Assembly (NCBI RefSeq): GCF_009914755.1
Contig: NC_060927.1
Reading direction: 5' to 3' (one strand)
DNA length: 64,000 nt
Source of the DNA: the human T2T-CHM13v2.0 reference genome, Homo sapiens
Below the pieces are notes generated by a model, which saw nothing but the letters and a program-made list of their open reading frames with translations, did no database searches and was not told the DNA's origin. Shown here in pieces: positions 14,168-26,987 of the stretch (its first letter is position 1; every line of letters begins with the position of its first letter). Made by a program: the position numbers and the translations under genes.

Positions 14168-14545
14168 TGATATGGTTTGGCTAGGTATCCCCACTCAAAT
14201 CTCATCTCTAATTGTAATCCCCATGTGTCAGAGGAGTGACTAGGTGGGAGGAGATTGGATCATGGGGGCGGTTCCCCCATGCTGTTCTTATGATAGTGAG
14301 TGAGTTCTCATGACAGCTGATGGTTTTCAAGTATGGCACTTCCTCATTCTGGCACACCCCTCCTCCCGCCTTGTGAAGAAGGTGCCTGCTTCCCCTTCTC
14401 CCTCTGCCATGATTGTAAGTTTCCTGAGGCCTCCTAGCCATGCTTCCTGTGAAGCCTACAGAACTGTGAAGTCAATTGAAACTCTTTCCTTTATAATTAC
14501 CCAGTCTCAGTATTCCTTAGAGCAGTGTGAGAACAGACTACTACA
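14168..14545 (+). mobile_element. MSTA/THE1D-type solo LTR (MaLR)
   Basis: TGATATGGTTTGGCT...GCCATGCTTCCTGTGAAGCCTACAGAACTGTG...GAACAGACTACTACA; TSD CTATG/CTGTG. Confidence 0.93.
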
Positions 14546-14769
14546 CTGTGTGCCCAGAGTACTTAAAAGAACAGAGAGAGGGAGAGATTATTTATAATGC
14601 AAGAGTGGTGTCAAGAAAAGGTTAGACTGGTTAAAAGTATTAAAAAAATTCAGAGGACATAGGAACTACTTAGGCTTCATAGTAAGGCAACATTTGGCGT
14701 AGAAGGCAGATCTGACAAGTCATCAAAAGCTGACCATGAGTCCCACAGATGAAGTTAAAGGATCATTAA

Positions 14770-15245
14770 CATCATCAACAAACATTTACTGGATATCTGT
14801 AATAGGCATAGTGCAAAGTGATTGTACAAAATGGGGGGTAGCAAAATGATATAAGACATAATCCTATTACTCAAGATGAACAATCTAATCAATAGCACAC
14901 ATCAGTACAAAAATAAATAGCAATTCATGACAACAAGTTGTAACGCTAAATACATGATTCTTGACAATAAATATTACATAGTAGAATGGGATTAGGTGGT
15001 CAGTAAAGAATGTATGAATTAGGTGAATTTTTCAAGCCTTAAAGTCATGAGGATTAGATGAAGTGTGGTGGCAGCAGAAACAGTGAAGTAATGAGGCCAT
15101 TGTTAGAATTAAGGAAGGTTGAAGAAAATATTAGTTTAGTGGGAAATAATGTTGATTTCAGTTTAAGGCCTTCTAATTTTGAGTTAACAGTGGAGCAGAA
15201 GAGAAGTTTAGCATACAGGTGGACATATAGGACTGGCATCCCCAA
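14770..15245 (-). mobile_element. L2 fragments
   Basis: CAACAAACATTTACTG (antisense L2 3' end) followed by purine-rich L2-like sequence. Confidence 0.55.
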
Positions 15246-15620
15246 GGGTGTCTACGTGTACACTATAGTCCTAGCAACCTCTACATGTCTTCAGCTTAAT
15301 CATGGAGCAAAGCCATTTGATTCAGGTCCTCATCTTGAATCATAATGGAAGTTAAGACTGAAAGTGTAAAAAGAAGTCAGAGTTATCATAAAATTGAAAC
15401 AATAATAGATCTTTTAATTTAAAAACTGACAAGTTGAACTTTAAATCCATTTTTTTCTTCCCACATATTCAAAAAGACTTCAAGTCCATTTTAAGTCAAT
15501 TTGAGTGACAAAAATGCAACCTCAAGGATGGAACTGAGTCCTTCTGCCGGTCTTTTATTTCCTAGAGAGTCTCAGATACAAGAATGTTGTTCCTTTGTTA
15601 GGTGGAGAGTAGCAGCAGAA

Positions 15621-15623
<3 letters not shown>

Positions 15624-15668
<45 letters not shown>
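15624..15668. repeat. (TG)n microsatellite
   Basis: Directly visible. Confidence 0.99.
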
Positions 15669-15672
<4 letters not shown>

Positions 15673-17457
15673 ATATATGTTCTTGCTTTGCAAGAATGAA
15701 GCTGCCTCAAATTCTATTTCTCTCCTCCCACTTACTGATTTCCAAAACCCCAGGTGTGTGGAAAGGGGAGGTAAGGACATAAATAGTAGGGGTTCCTTTA
15801 ATATCTAATGTCTGTGTTCAGAGGAATATAAAAAATTTAATATGATATTTGGCAAAAGATGAACATAAAGCCAATAAGAGAAGAGATCAATAAACAATAT
15901 GGTCAAATCCATTCCACAGAATACTTTTATTGCACCATATTGAATTAATAGAAATGCCTTTGGTACAAATGCAAAATTATTTATGAAACAATAGAAAATC
16001 TGCTTTTAAGTAGGAAAAAAAATCACTGCACATGATTTCAGTGGAAAAAAGAACCAGATGTTACACATACTTTAAAAAAACACAATCCCATATGCAGCTC
16101 CCCATGAAATATTCAGCACACACAAGTTTAGGGCTTACTGGCTTGATTTCTTTCCTCCCTCTCACCTTCATGCTAATCTTCCACATGTCAGCATTTTTTT
16201 TTTTGGAATCAGGGTGTGTTACTAAAGTCAAATATAGACAGCCAATTGAGGATCGGTTCCAGTTGAATTTTTTGTAGAATGCCCAGCAATGTCCTCAGCC
16301 GTAAAAAAAGGAAGAGGGTGCAGTCACTGCATATCAAGAATGCAAGCTTGCAGGCAGCACTGTACCATTTTCTATCTGTATAACCAGAAGTGGGTTGACC
16401 TCTGCTAATAAAGTTAGTAATTGAGCAATATATGAGTAAGGAAAAGGGTTATTTAAATACTCCAAATTCCTGTATTGAAAATGAAAAGTTAGACATAAGC
16501 TTACCAGTTAAATTCCCACCACCAAGAGTGACCTATATTTAATTTGATTCTGGTATTGTAACTGGAACTAAGTTTGTACGTTAAATTAAAAAAAAACACA
16601 CTGAATAAAAAGCAGCTGACTATTCCAATCACATATTTATCCACTTTGTTTTCTTTTCAATTGGCACCAGAAGTCCCAGGAACTCATATGTGCACTATTT
16701 TTACTAGCTTTGCTTTTCTAATGTTGCACTTAGACTTTTGACACTCTTTTCTGTCTGTTTTTTTTTTCCCATCACACAATTAGATCTGGAATATTCTGAA
16801 ATCCATAGCCATTATTAAGAAATACCTGGATACTCCATCACCCATTCAAAAATGCAAACCTTTTGTTTTTATATATGAATTTACTTCTAAATTTAACAAT
16901 ATCAGGGCTATCTACCCTGAGTTAGACTTTACTTTGATTGTTTAATCATAATCAACAAAAATCATTTATAATTAAATAGAAAAATCAGGAGATTTTAGTT
17001 TCCCTTTGTTTTCTATTAAACATAGAGACAGGCATGTCCCACACAGATTTCAGATTTGTCCATGAGAGTAAGAGCCAGTCACTCTCTAAAGAGCCTCAAG
17101 ATCCAAGATCCTGTGGGTTCCAAGTGCACTACAGGCTGGCAGCAGTGGGTTTTCCCCTAGACCTATAGGTTAAGCTCCTGTGAGAAGACTGGATGGCTGG
17201 GATGAGGGAAGAGATGTTCTAACCACTACTACCATTTCACTAAGAGTAAAAATATATCAATCACAACCTCCTTTTTCTTTTATTAGAACACAGATAGACA
17301 AGCTTTTCCAAACATTTTATAAAGCACCGACAACATTCTTTCCTTCATTCAAAGTACATAAATCACTTACTTAGGTATTTTGGATTTATTAATGAACAAA
17401 GATAGCAAGACTCTTGACCTCCATAGAGTACTTATATTAAAAATGATGTAGATTTAG

Positions 17458-17722
17458 TGTTGCCCAGGCTGAAGTGCAGTGGCGTGATCTTGGCTCACGA
17501 CAACCTCCGCCTCCTGGGTTCAAGCGATTCTCCTGCCCCAGCCCCCTGAGTAACTGGGACTACAGGGGTGTGCCACCACTCTCGGCTAATTTTTTTGTGT
17601 TTTTAGTACAGACAGGATTTCATCATGTTAGCCAGGATGGTCTCGATCTTCTGACCTCAAGATACGCCCGCCTCGGCCTCCCAAAGTGCTGGGATTACAG
17701 GCGTGAGCCACCATGCCTCGCC
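17458..17722 (-). mobile_element. AluSc-like element lacking 3' end and poly(A)
   Basis: GTTAGCCAGGATGGTCTCGATCT diagnostic text; starts abruptly at TGTTGCCCAGGCTG with no T-tail. Confidence 0.95.
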
Positions 17723-17815
17723 TCAGCTGCTTTTTATTCAGTGTGTTTCACGGAATAGTTTTGGAACTATTTGGAACTATTTGCTTCTTACTCAGTGTGT
17801 TTCCACAAGCTTTAC

Positions 17816-17919
17816 CACTGGGTGCTGTGGCTCACACCCGTAATCCTAGTACTTTGGGAGGCCAAGGCAGGAGGATCACTTGAGCCCAGTAGTTGAGACT
17901 AGCCTGGGCAAGAAAGCAA
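17816..17919 (+). mobile_element. AluJ left-arm fragment (probably a local copy of the AluJ at 18690)
   Basis: GTGGCTCACACCCGTAATCCTAGTACTTTGGGAGGCCAAGGCAGGAGGATCACTTGAGCCC. Confidence 0.9.
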
Positions 17920-18689
17920 ATATATACAAAAGAAAGAAACAGAATTTAAGGCAGCTTCATATATAAACAGGTCTAACTACAGAAATAGCATAAGGATGTA
18001 TATGCAATCAAAGCATGCCAATTAATATATATTATTCATGTACATTCATATATAATTTAAATATACGCATACATGCAGCTATGTTCACAGAGTATGTGTG
18101 GTTTCTGTATAGACTATCTTAGAAGACAAACAGAAGTCATCTTATTTGAGAACAAGAGTCATGAGCTTGTCAATTTAGTCTACCTTTCATAATAAGAAAG
18201 GCTCTTATGACACATGTAGGGGATTTTCCTGAAGCTCTCTCATAATTCTTATAACCCATAGCAATCCAAAAGATACTTTTAGTCAAACTACAGAAACAGA
18301 TTCCTGACAAGATAATAAAGAAAAATAAAAGTAGATGGAGAGGGATACATAAAATGCAAATCAATACATTATCAGATACCATGAAGATATATCAAATATT
18401 TCTGTCCTTAGTACTGAGCAGAAAGTCCCCGTAGTTAGTACTATACCTGATGAGAGGCCCTTTAGTTATCAACTATTTAGTACTAGACAAACGACAAACC
18501 CTAAATCTGCTTTCCCTGCACAGTAAGAAAAGCTCAGCTATTTGTAACTAAGATATGCAGAATTATTTTTTCAGCATTGTCTTCACTTCCAAAAAAATTC
18601 AAGAAAGACATTGATAGAAATAATTAAAAACTGCCTTATATTGGAGATGACCAATCATAATTGTTAATACTAAAAACCACAAGCCTTAC

Positions 18690-19003
18690 CACCAAGTGCT
18701 GTGACTCACACCTGTAATCCCAGCAGTTTGGGAGGCCAAGGCAGGAGGATCACATGAGCCCAGGAATTTGAGACCAACCTGGGGAAGAAAGCAAGACCCC
18801 TTCTATACAAAAACTACAAAATAATAGCCCAAAGTGGTGGTGTGCTCCTGTAGCCCCAGCTACTTGGGAGGCTGAGTTGGGAGTATCTCTTGAGCCCAGA
18901 AGTTTGAGGCTTCATTGAGCTATAGCCACCATTGCTTTCCAGCCTGGGCAACAGAGTGAGACCCTGTCTCAACATCAACAACAACAGAAAAAAAAAAAAA
19001 AAA
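18690..19003 (+). mobile_element. AluJ full length
   Basis: Both arms with J-type GGAGGATCAC..GAGCCCAGG and TGAGCTAT; A tail; degenerate TSD AAAAACCACAAGCCTTA/AAAAACCTGCAAGTTTA. Confidence 0.96.
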
Positions 19004-19904
19004 CCTGCAAGTTTATAACTATAAGCTTTCTCCCTTTTTCCTTCTACCTTCTTCTCCCTCTGTCTCTTTCTATGTTTTTTTCTTCCATACTTGAAGTCTT
19101 ACATATTTTCTCTAAAAAGTAAGCCTTGAGAAGTAATTTCTATAACTTTACATCAATGCACATTTAAAGAAAGAGTGGGGTGTGTTTAGTATGCAAAATT
19201 GGAGATAAGACACAGCTGTGAATGCCTAGATAACAACCCAAACTGAGACAGAGCCAAAAACTGAAATATTAAATATCCCCAATGGAAAGCTGAATGCAAC
19301 AATTCAGTTTGGTACCTATTAACCGTTGTGCAGGGTCCGTAGTGCTTAGAGTTACAAACTATGGTGGTTTTCAAACAATACCTAGGCTTGAGGTTTGACG
19401 CTTTAGTCATAAGATATACCAGCAAGATAGACACTCAAAAGGATGAGAAATCTAGCTGGATGGCACTTGAAAGAACAGGTAGAGAAGAAGATATGGCCTT
19501 CAGGAAATCAGTCCTTGAATATGAAGCCCAAGTCACCAACTGAGTTCTGAGGCAGAGTCCAGCTCCCACATAATAGAGCAGATAGGAGCAAAGCAAGGCT
19601 ATTGTCCCAGAGGAACTAGGGAATTAGACAGGCAATGAAAGCATTAATTAAAATGGAAACAAAATCAGAAGCTGAGGTCAATGACAAGTATATCCAGGAC
19701 CTGGCTGTAGATGCTCTGGCGCCAAAAACATCTTTGGAGCAACAACATCACAGAAGGCTCAAAACTATGTGAGGCCCAAGTGTCAGCTCTGTCGTCCATG
19801 GTCTCAAGTCAAGTTTCCCACAAATATTACTGGTAATATGAGATTGAGCTTGTGGGGACATAGTGATCTTGCTTAGTTCAATACTAAAAAATTCAGAGAG
19901 GAAA

Positions 19905-20060
19905 TCTACCATCTATCAGAATGCTACATTCTATATGTCTGCTGTGCCAATTGCTTTGCACACATTTTTTTTCTAATCCTCACAAGCACTTTTTGGGTGG
20001 GCATTATTACTTCCATTATGATGATGAAGGAGTTAAATACAAAATAAAGGCTGGCTTAAA
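19905..20060 (-). mobile_element. MIR fragment
   Basis: TGCTTTGCACAC...TAATCCTCACAA...GGTGGGCATTATTACTTCCATTATGATGATGAAGGA. Confidence 0.7.
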
Positions 20061-20354
20061 CTCTTAAGACCTTATTGGTCTAGGAATCAAGGCAGGGCTT
20101 AATGTTTGAATAGGGATATGAAAAGCTAAGGATTGCACAGAGAGACAACTGACAGATGGCTTTCAGCTGATTTCCTGAGAGCATTATCATCTATCTGCAA
20201 GTCTTGTAGTTACCTACCATATGTAGTAGTCATGGGGATCTGAATATCTATTCAAGATGATATGGTGAAGCCCTGCAATGTGCCAGAAAAATCTCAGCAT
20301 TGAGAATATAGTCACAAACTAGTCAGACATTGTCTATTCTTGGGAGTCCTTATG

Positions 20355-20724
20355 CTATTGGTTGATACCCCAATGAATTTTCTAAATCAATCATGGAAAT
20401 CCTATGTCCAATGTCCAGCCTAGATTTGTGAGACATGAGAAGTCAGATGAGCATATTTGTGAAAGTTTTTCTTTCCAAAAATGTTACCATCATTCTCTCT
20501 TATTATGCAATCACAAAGGAAATTAGCCTCAGTGTGAAGCTGACACTGAGCATGACAGAATGTTGGAGCAAACACAGATACCTAGGCATCTGATCATGCT
20601 GCACCATGTCTTGTTCTATTTAGGAACCGTGATTATGTGAAATACATTCTTGATTCCTTAATGTTTGAGCCACTAAAAATTGGTGTATTCTGTAAGTTGT
20701 AGCTGAAGGTTTCTGAACTGATAC
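20355..20724 (+). mobile_element. Old MLT1 (J/K/L-like) LTR remnant
   Basis: 3' end TGTTTGAGCCACT...TTCTGTAAGTTGTAGCTGAAG...AACTGATACA typical of old MLT1. Confidence 0.6.
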
Positions 20725-22309
20725 ACAGTCCAGGACCTGAATCAAAGTATTTGTTCTCTAGGTTAATTTTGCTAAATAAAAGACAGGTCTTTGAAGGCAC
20801 AAAGCTAGAAAACATTGCATGAGTTGAACTGGGGCAAGTAAAGAGAGAGACCAACTCCAAATGGCAATAAGTAGAGGAATAATGATGCGAGGAAAGAAAA
20901 TGATCACTGAGGAAGCAGAGCATGAGATGCCCAAGTCCCCCTCTAAAAACAAAACAAAACAAAAATGGAAGGGAGGAAAAACATGGGCAAGAGCCACGGT
21001 CAAATATTGAAAAGAAAAATCAGCCCAAATGATTTTCTGGGATCAAACTCAGCTTTCACAGAATTCCAGGAGTGGATTTTGTACCCACCATTTCCATTGT
21101 CATCATTGGTTTTAAAGATACAGGTTGTAGAATATTCTACTATAGTCAAATAGCATTGACCTTGATGATTTTCATTACAATGAACTCAATGTCTCTTTTG
21201 AACAGTCCTCTCAACTGCACTGATATTTCTACCCTTGGCACCAGTTTTATACTTCAGAGATATAAACAGTAAGGTAGAGTAGGGAAAGATAAAGTGAATT
21301 TCTTATAGAAGGGTCTTATATTTAAGTTCTAATTTTTAAATTTCATATTTAAAAAATAATAGCAATCAGCTATTATTATTACTATTTGGTGTTTTTTTGG
21401 TTGACATTTAAAAAATATTTAATTGAATTCTCAAACTTAAGAGCAAACATTATTCTTTAAATAGTATAGATACAATAAAATAATAAAAATGCGAATATTA
21501 CAAGAAGTCTATGCCTTTAACAATCAAAATACCCCTTTAAAAAGATGAAGCTTAAAAATAAAGACATTGAGAATGTTGATAGACACTAACATCAACTGTA
21601 GTAGCAGTTAAGTATTTCTTATATTTTGAAAATTTTAAATACTGTGAGTCTATAAAGAGCACAGTTTTATGTAGAAATAATATGAAATTAAAACAATAGC
21701 TCATTGTTAAAGTTTCATTCTAAGGACAGCAGACATAATTGAGTAACATTAACTCGCAGGAAATAGGACCCAGTGGTGACATCCTGATTACCATTCTCAA
21801 TTAACACTGCTACATTTTTTAATGCCTATGTTTAATGTCAAAGTATTAAGAGGCTTCTAATATAAAAAATCTATTAGTGTTTCAAAAATATGTTCCAAAC
21901 CAGGGAGACTAGAAACAGAATGAAACCATATGTCATTTGCACTAAGGTGATAATTTCAGCAACAGGAATTAATCAAGTTTCTCAAGGGAAGGCTATAATT
22001 TAAAAAATAGTGAAGAAACTCAGTGTAGAACACTATGCTAAATCAGCTTGTTTAAGACACCAAACAACAGATCTGAAAAGATCTGAGAAGTATGACACAT
22101 GAGAGAGAGAACATTTCCATATACCTCACTGCCAAGTGGGTCACTTCACATAAATGCTGCCCTTCCCATCTGCTCTTGCTTAACACTGGGGACCCTCACA
22201 GGGCCAAGCAATAATATGTCCTCAATATATTGTTCTGGAATAAAAGAACAGTTAAAAGAAAGAAATTAGAGAACAACTCAAAATTTAGGATTCTAGTGGG
22301 AAGAAGACT

Positions 22310-22450
22310 GCAGCAATGCTGTCTAGATCTGGGCACTAGCTCTGACTTTGCCACAAGTTGTTTGTAAATTGTGAACAAATTATTTGACACCCAGTTATTA
22401 CATCTCTAAATTTGAATTACTGGGACTCTAAAATCCTTCCCAAATCTTCA
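22310..22450 (+). mobile_element. MIR3/MIRc fragment
   Basis: GATCTGGGCACTAGCTCTGACTTTGCCAC...TGTGAACAAATTATTTGA...CATCTCTAAA. Confidence 0.55.
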
Positions 22451-23832
22451 TTCTGTCGACAAAGCTCTGGCTTAAAAAAACTAGGCCTTAAAATATCTCA
22501 GAAGTTAAGATAAAGAAAAGGAAATATGGAAAATTACCAAAAATTAGTAACGGTAGATGACTTGAAAAATTGTGTTTGTTTTTAAGATTGGAACCATCTG
22601 AATAAAATTAGGTAGAACTAATCCCTTAGGGACTGAGTATATTTAAATAGGAACAGCCACTCTAAAATACAAAGATATATTGTAGGAAGAAAATAGGAAG
22701 CAAAATTTCCAAATGGAAGAGATTAATATTTAGAAATTGTTTCTTCATATGTTAGTCAACAAACATGTATTATGTGTGTTCTCCATGACAGCTGGCTAGG
22801 CACAGAAGGTTTAAGGATAAATGAGAGAAACTTTGTTGTCTGGAGGGGAATAGTCTGGCAATGAGCTCACAATCTAGTTTAGAAATACAATTATGATGAT
22901 TTCTTAAAATGTTACAAAAAAGAAATTCAATCTGTAATAGTATAGTCCTCAAATGGAAATTTATAGATAATTTAAAAACATTAAAAAAACCTATTTTCAT
23001 CTTGAATTTATTAGAAAAGTCTAATTAAGCCACTTGAATACTAATCTGAAATAATGACAAATTAAATTACAGGCATATCTGAAAGATTTTGTGAGTTGGA
23101 TCACAGACCACTGCAATAAAGCAAATATCACAATAAAGCAAGTTACACAAAATTTTTTTGGTTTCCCAGTGCATATAAAAGTTATGTTTACACTATCCTT
23201 TAGTTTAGAAAGCATGCAATAGCATTATGTCTAAAAAAGTGTAATCTTAATTTAAAATACTTTATTTCTAAAGAAAACTTTATTGCTGTGGCAGTTTCTT
23301 AAAATAAGACAACACTGCCATCGATAGCCTCTTTCAAGATTGCTTCATAGCACACAATGCTGTTAGATGGAACTACCCTCAGTACAAATTCTTTCAAATT
23401 TAGAGTTCAATCCTTTCAAACTCTGCTTTATCAACTAGGTTAATGTAATATTCTAAATTGTTTGTTGTCCTTTCAACAATGTTCACAGCATCTTCACCAG
23501 GAGCAGATTCCATCCCAAGAAACCACTTTCTTTGCTCATCCATAAAAAGCAACTCCTCATTTACTCAAGTTTAATCATGAGTTGCAGAAATTCAGTCCCA
23601 TCTTCAGGCTTCACTCCAAATTCTAGTTTTCTTGCTATTTCTACCACATCTATAGTTACTTTCTCCACTGAAATCTTCAACCCCTCAAAGTCATTCGTAA
23701 TATTTGCAATCAACTGCTAAACTCCTATTAATGTTAATATTTTGAACTCCCCCAATAAATCATGAATGTTCTTAATGACATCTGTGATAGAATGGTGAAT
23801 CCTTTCCAGAAAGTTTTCAATTTACTTTGCCT

Positions 23833-24222
23833 CTATCCATCAGAGGAATCGATATCTATGGCAACTATAGCCTTTTTTAAATAATAAGACTCGAAAGTCA
23901 AAATGGCTTCTTGATCCATGGGCTGAAGAATGGATGTTGTATTAGCAGGCATAAAAATCACATTTTTCTCTCTGTACTTCTCCATAAGAGTTCTTTGGTT
24001 ACCAGGTATATTGTCAGTAAGCAGTAATATTTTGAAAGAGATCTTTTCTTCTGAGCAGTAGGCCTCAACAAAGGACTTAAAATATTTAATAAACCCTGCT
24101 CTAGAAAGATGCTCTGCCATCCAGGCTTTGTTGTTCCATTTACAGAGCACAGGCAGAGTAGATTTAGGATAAGTTTTAAGGTCCTCGGGATTCTCAAAAT
24201 GGTAAATGAGCATTGACTTCAC
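23833..24222 (-). pseudogene. Tigger1 transposase fragment (DDE_1 domain region)
   Basis: LPVLCKWNNKAWM...FKILLLTDNIPGN...VIFMPANTTSILQPMDQ matches pogo/Tigger1 DDE motifs; frame broken on both sides. Confidence 0.9.
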
Positions 24223-24376
24223 CTTAAAGTCACCAGCTTTACTAACCCCAACAAAAGAGTAAGCGTGTGCTTGAAGCTTCGCAGCCAGGCAATGACCTCC
24301 TCCCTAGCCCTGAAAGTGTTAGATGGCATTTTCTTCCATCTTAAGCTTCTTTCATCCACATTCAAAACCTGTTGCT

Positions 24377-24650
24377 GGCCAGAAACTTTGGGATGCCAAA
24401 AAGGGAGAATTGCTTGAGCTCAGAAATTCAAGACCAGCCTAAGTAAGACGAAGAGATCCTATCTCTACAATTTTTTTTTAATTAGCCCAGTGTGGTAATG
24501 TGTACCTGTAGCCCCAGCTATTCGGGAGGCTGAGGCAGGAGGATCCCTGGAACTCAGCAGTTTGAAGCTGCAGTGAGCTATGATCACGCCACTGTACTCT
24601 AGCCTGGGCTACAGAGCAAGACTGTGTCTTAAAGAAAATCAAAATACAAA
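24377..24650 (+). mobile_element. AluJ nested in Tigger1, with deletion near its 5' end
   Basis: GGCC then directly AGAAACTTTGGG; J-type right arm GCTGCAGTGAGCTATGATC; degenerate TSD AAAACCTGTTG/ATAATCTGTAG. Confidence 0.95.
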
Positions 24651-24654
24651 TAAT

Positions 24655-24855
24655 CTGTAGTTTAGTGTAGCCACCTTCATCAATGATCTTAGCTAGATCT
24701 TCTGTATAATGTGCCACAGTTTCTACATTAGCATTTGCTGCTTCACCTTGCAATATTATGTTATAGAGAAGGTTTCTTTCCTTAAACCTCATGAACCAAC
24801 CTCTGCTAGCTCCCAGCTTTCTTCCTGCAACTTCTTTACTTCTCTCAGCCTTCAC
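24655..24855 (-). pseudogene. Tigger1 transposase fragment (CENP-B-type HTH end)
   Basis: [12 protein letters not shown]...[10 protein letters not shown]...[16 protein letters not shown]; the ORF then runs into antisense Alu. Confidence 0.9.
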
Positions 24856-25522
24856 AGAACTTCATAGAACATGAAGAAAGTTAGAGCCTTGTTCTGGATT
24901 AGGCTTGTCTTAAGCAAATGGTGTGGCTCGTTTGATCTTCTGTCGAGATCACTAAAACTTTCTCCATGTTAGTAATAGGCTGTTTTGCATTTTTATCATT
25001 CAAGTGTTCTCTGGAGCAGCATGTTTAATTCTCTTCAAGAACTTTTCTTTTGCATTCACAACTTCTCTAAATACTTAGTACAAGAGGCTTAGCTTTTAGC
25101 CTGTCTTGACTTTTAACATGCCTTCCTCACTAAGCTTAATCATTTCTAGCTTTTGATTTCAAGTGAGACAGGTGCTACTCTTCCTTTCATTTGAACACAT
25201 AGAGGCCATTGTAAGGTAATTAAGCAGCCTAATTTCAATACAGTTGTGTCTCAGAGAATATGGAGACCTGAGGAGAAGAAGAGAAATAGGGGACCACTTG
25301 TTGGTGGAGCACTCAGAACACACAATATTTATCAATTAAGTTAGACATCTTATATGGGTGTAGTTTGTGGTGCCTCAAAACTATTACAATAGTAACCTTG
25401 AAGATCACTGATCACAGATCACCATAACAGATACAACATGAAAAAGTTGGAAATATTGCAAGAATTTCCAAAATGTGACACAGAGACACAAATTGAGCAC
25501 ATGCTGTTGAAAAAAATGGTGC

Positions 25523-25893
25523 TATATTAGTCCATTCTCACATGGCTATAAAGAACTACCTGAGACTGGGTAATTTATAAATAAAAGAGGTTCAGTTGGC
25601 TCATGGTTCCACCGGCTGTACAAGAGGAATGGCTGGGGAGGCCTCAGGAACCTTATAATTATGGTGGAAGGTGAAGAGGAAGCTACCACATATTCACATG
25701 GTCAGCAGGAGAGACAGCAAAGTGGGGAATGCTACACATTTGTAAACAACCAGATCTCATTAGAAACCACTCACTATCATGAGAACAGCAAGGGGAAAAT
25801 CCACCCCCAAAATCCAATCCCACCATGTCCCTCCCCCAACACTGAGTATTGCAATTCAACATCATCACTGAGGAAGCAGAGCAAAACATATCA
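25523..25893 (-). mobile_element. MSTA solo LTR nested in Tigger1
   Basis: TATATTAGTCCATTCTCACATGGCTATAAAGAACTACCTGAGACTGGGTAATTTAT...AAAACATATCA; Tigger1 resumes on both sides. Confidence 0.92.
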
Positions 25894-25955
25894 GATGTCA
25901 ACGGACTGGCTATGCAGGGTTGCCACAAACCTTTAGTTTGTAAAAAACAGTATCT

Positions 25956-26143
25956 GGCCAGGTACAGTGGTGTTTGCCTGTAGTTCTAGCTACTCCGGAG
26001 TCTGAGGCAGGAAGATTGCTTAACCACAGGATTGTGAGCCCAGCCCAGGCAACATAATGAGACCCCCCTTCACCCAGGACTACAAATTTTAAAAAATATT
26101 TTTATCATTTATTTTCTATTTAAAAAAATTTAAAAAAAACAAA
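25956..26143 (+). mobile_element. FLAM_A-type Alu monomer nested in Tigger1
   Basis: GGCCAGGTACAGTGGTGTTTGCCTGTAGTTCTAGCTACT...CCAGGCAACATAATGAGACCCC then AT-rich tail; TSD-like AAAAAACAGTATCT/AAAGAATGGGATCT. Confidence 0.85.
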
Positions 26144-26379
26144 GAATGGGATCTGTGAAGCACAATAAAGCAAACCACAAGAAAACAAGGTATGCCTGTA
26201 AAAAAATAAGGAAAACAGGACGTTCTCTTGTCATTTGACAAAGGCATAATGCATGTACTCTATAAAAGAAACATCTTTAGTTAGAATACTTAATAAGTAC
26301 ATATTGAGACTCTTTTTCACCCCTTCTCAAGCAAGGAACTTCTGAAGACTAAGATTATTGGGTAAGAGACTAAACATTT

Positions 26380-26780
26380 TTTTTAATGTTAAACACAAGA
26401 CTAAATTGCTTTGCCAAAGAGTTCTATCAATTTAAAATGTATTAGTTAAAAATTTCAATCCATTCCCATAAACAAAGAACATACTAATTATTTCAGATTT
26501 TTGCTATCTTACCAAAAAATTATGATTTTTTAAAAATGCATTTCTTTTATCACTATTGAGAGTCAATGTATTTCCATACGTTTACTAATTCTTTTTTTAA
26601 TGTAAAGTGTTTATGGTGACATCTTACCAGTTTTTTAAGGGTTGCTGCTCTATATTCTTCTAAGTACTAAGTGGTTTTAAAATTGAGTATATAAAATCTT
26701 TATCATATTTCCTGTGAATATTATTTCCCTATTTAGAGTTGTCTAAACTTGTCTGTTTATTTTTGTGTATTTAAAGTTTT
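26380..26780 (-). mobile_element. L1ME-type fragment
   Basis: AAATTGCTTTGCCAAAGAGTTCTATCAATTTA...TGCATTTCTTTTATCACTATTGAG. Confidence 0.6.
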
Positions 26781-26987
26781 CACCCCAGTGTCTCTGGAGC
26801 CTCTAGTCCCTACTCACTAAGAAGTCCCTCCGTTTTCTCCCCTCCTCAGTGGTACTGCACATTTAAAGGGAGCTAGCTTGTTTTAACCATGCACCCATAT
26901 TCTTGGTATATTTTGATAGCAGTATCTTCTCCCAGAGGAAGAGGCTCAGAAGACAAAGAAAGCAGAGAAAATGTAAAATATTTATGA

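Larger units (their letters stand above)
23070..26198 (-). mobile_element. Tigger1 (TcMar-pogo) near-full-length, with nested Alu, MSTA and FLAM
   Basis: TA|CAGGCATATCT...AGGTATGCCTG|TA terminal inverted repeats with TA TSD; transposase remnants inside. Confidence 0.97.

Noticed and set aside
23833-24855. Calling the transposase ORFs a domesticated gene such as TIGD1
   Set aside because: Frame is broken and interrupted by an Alu; this is an ordinary decayed Tigger1 copy.
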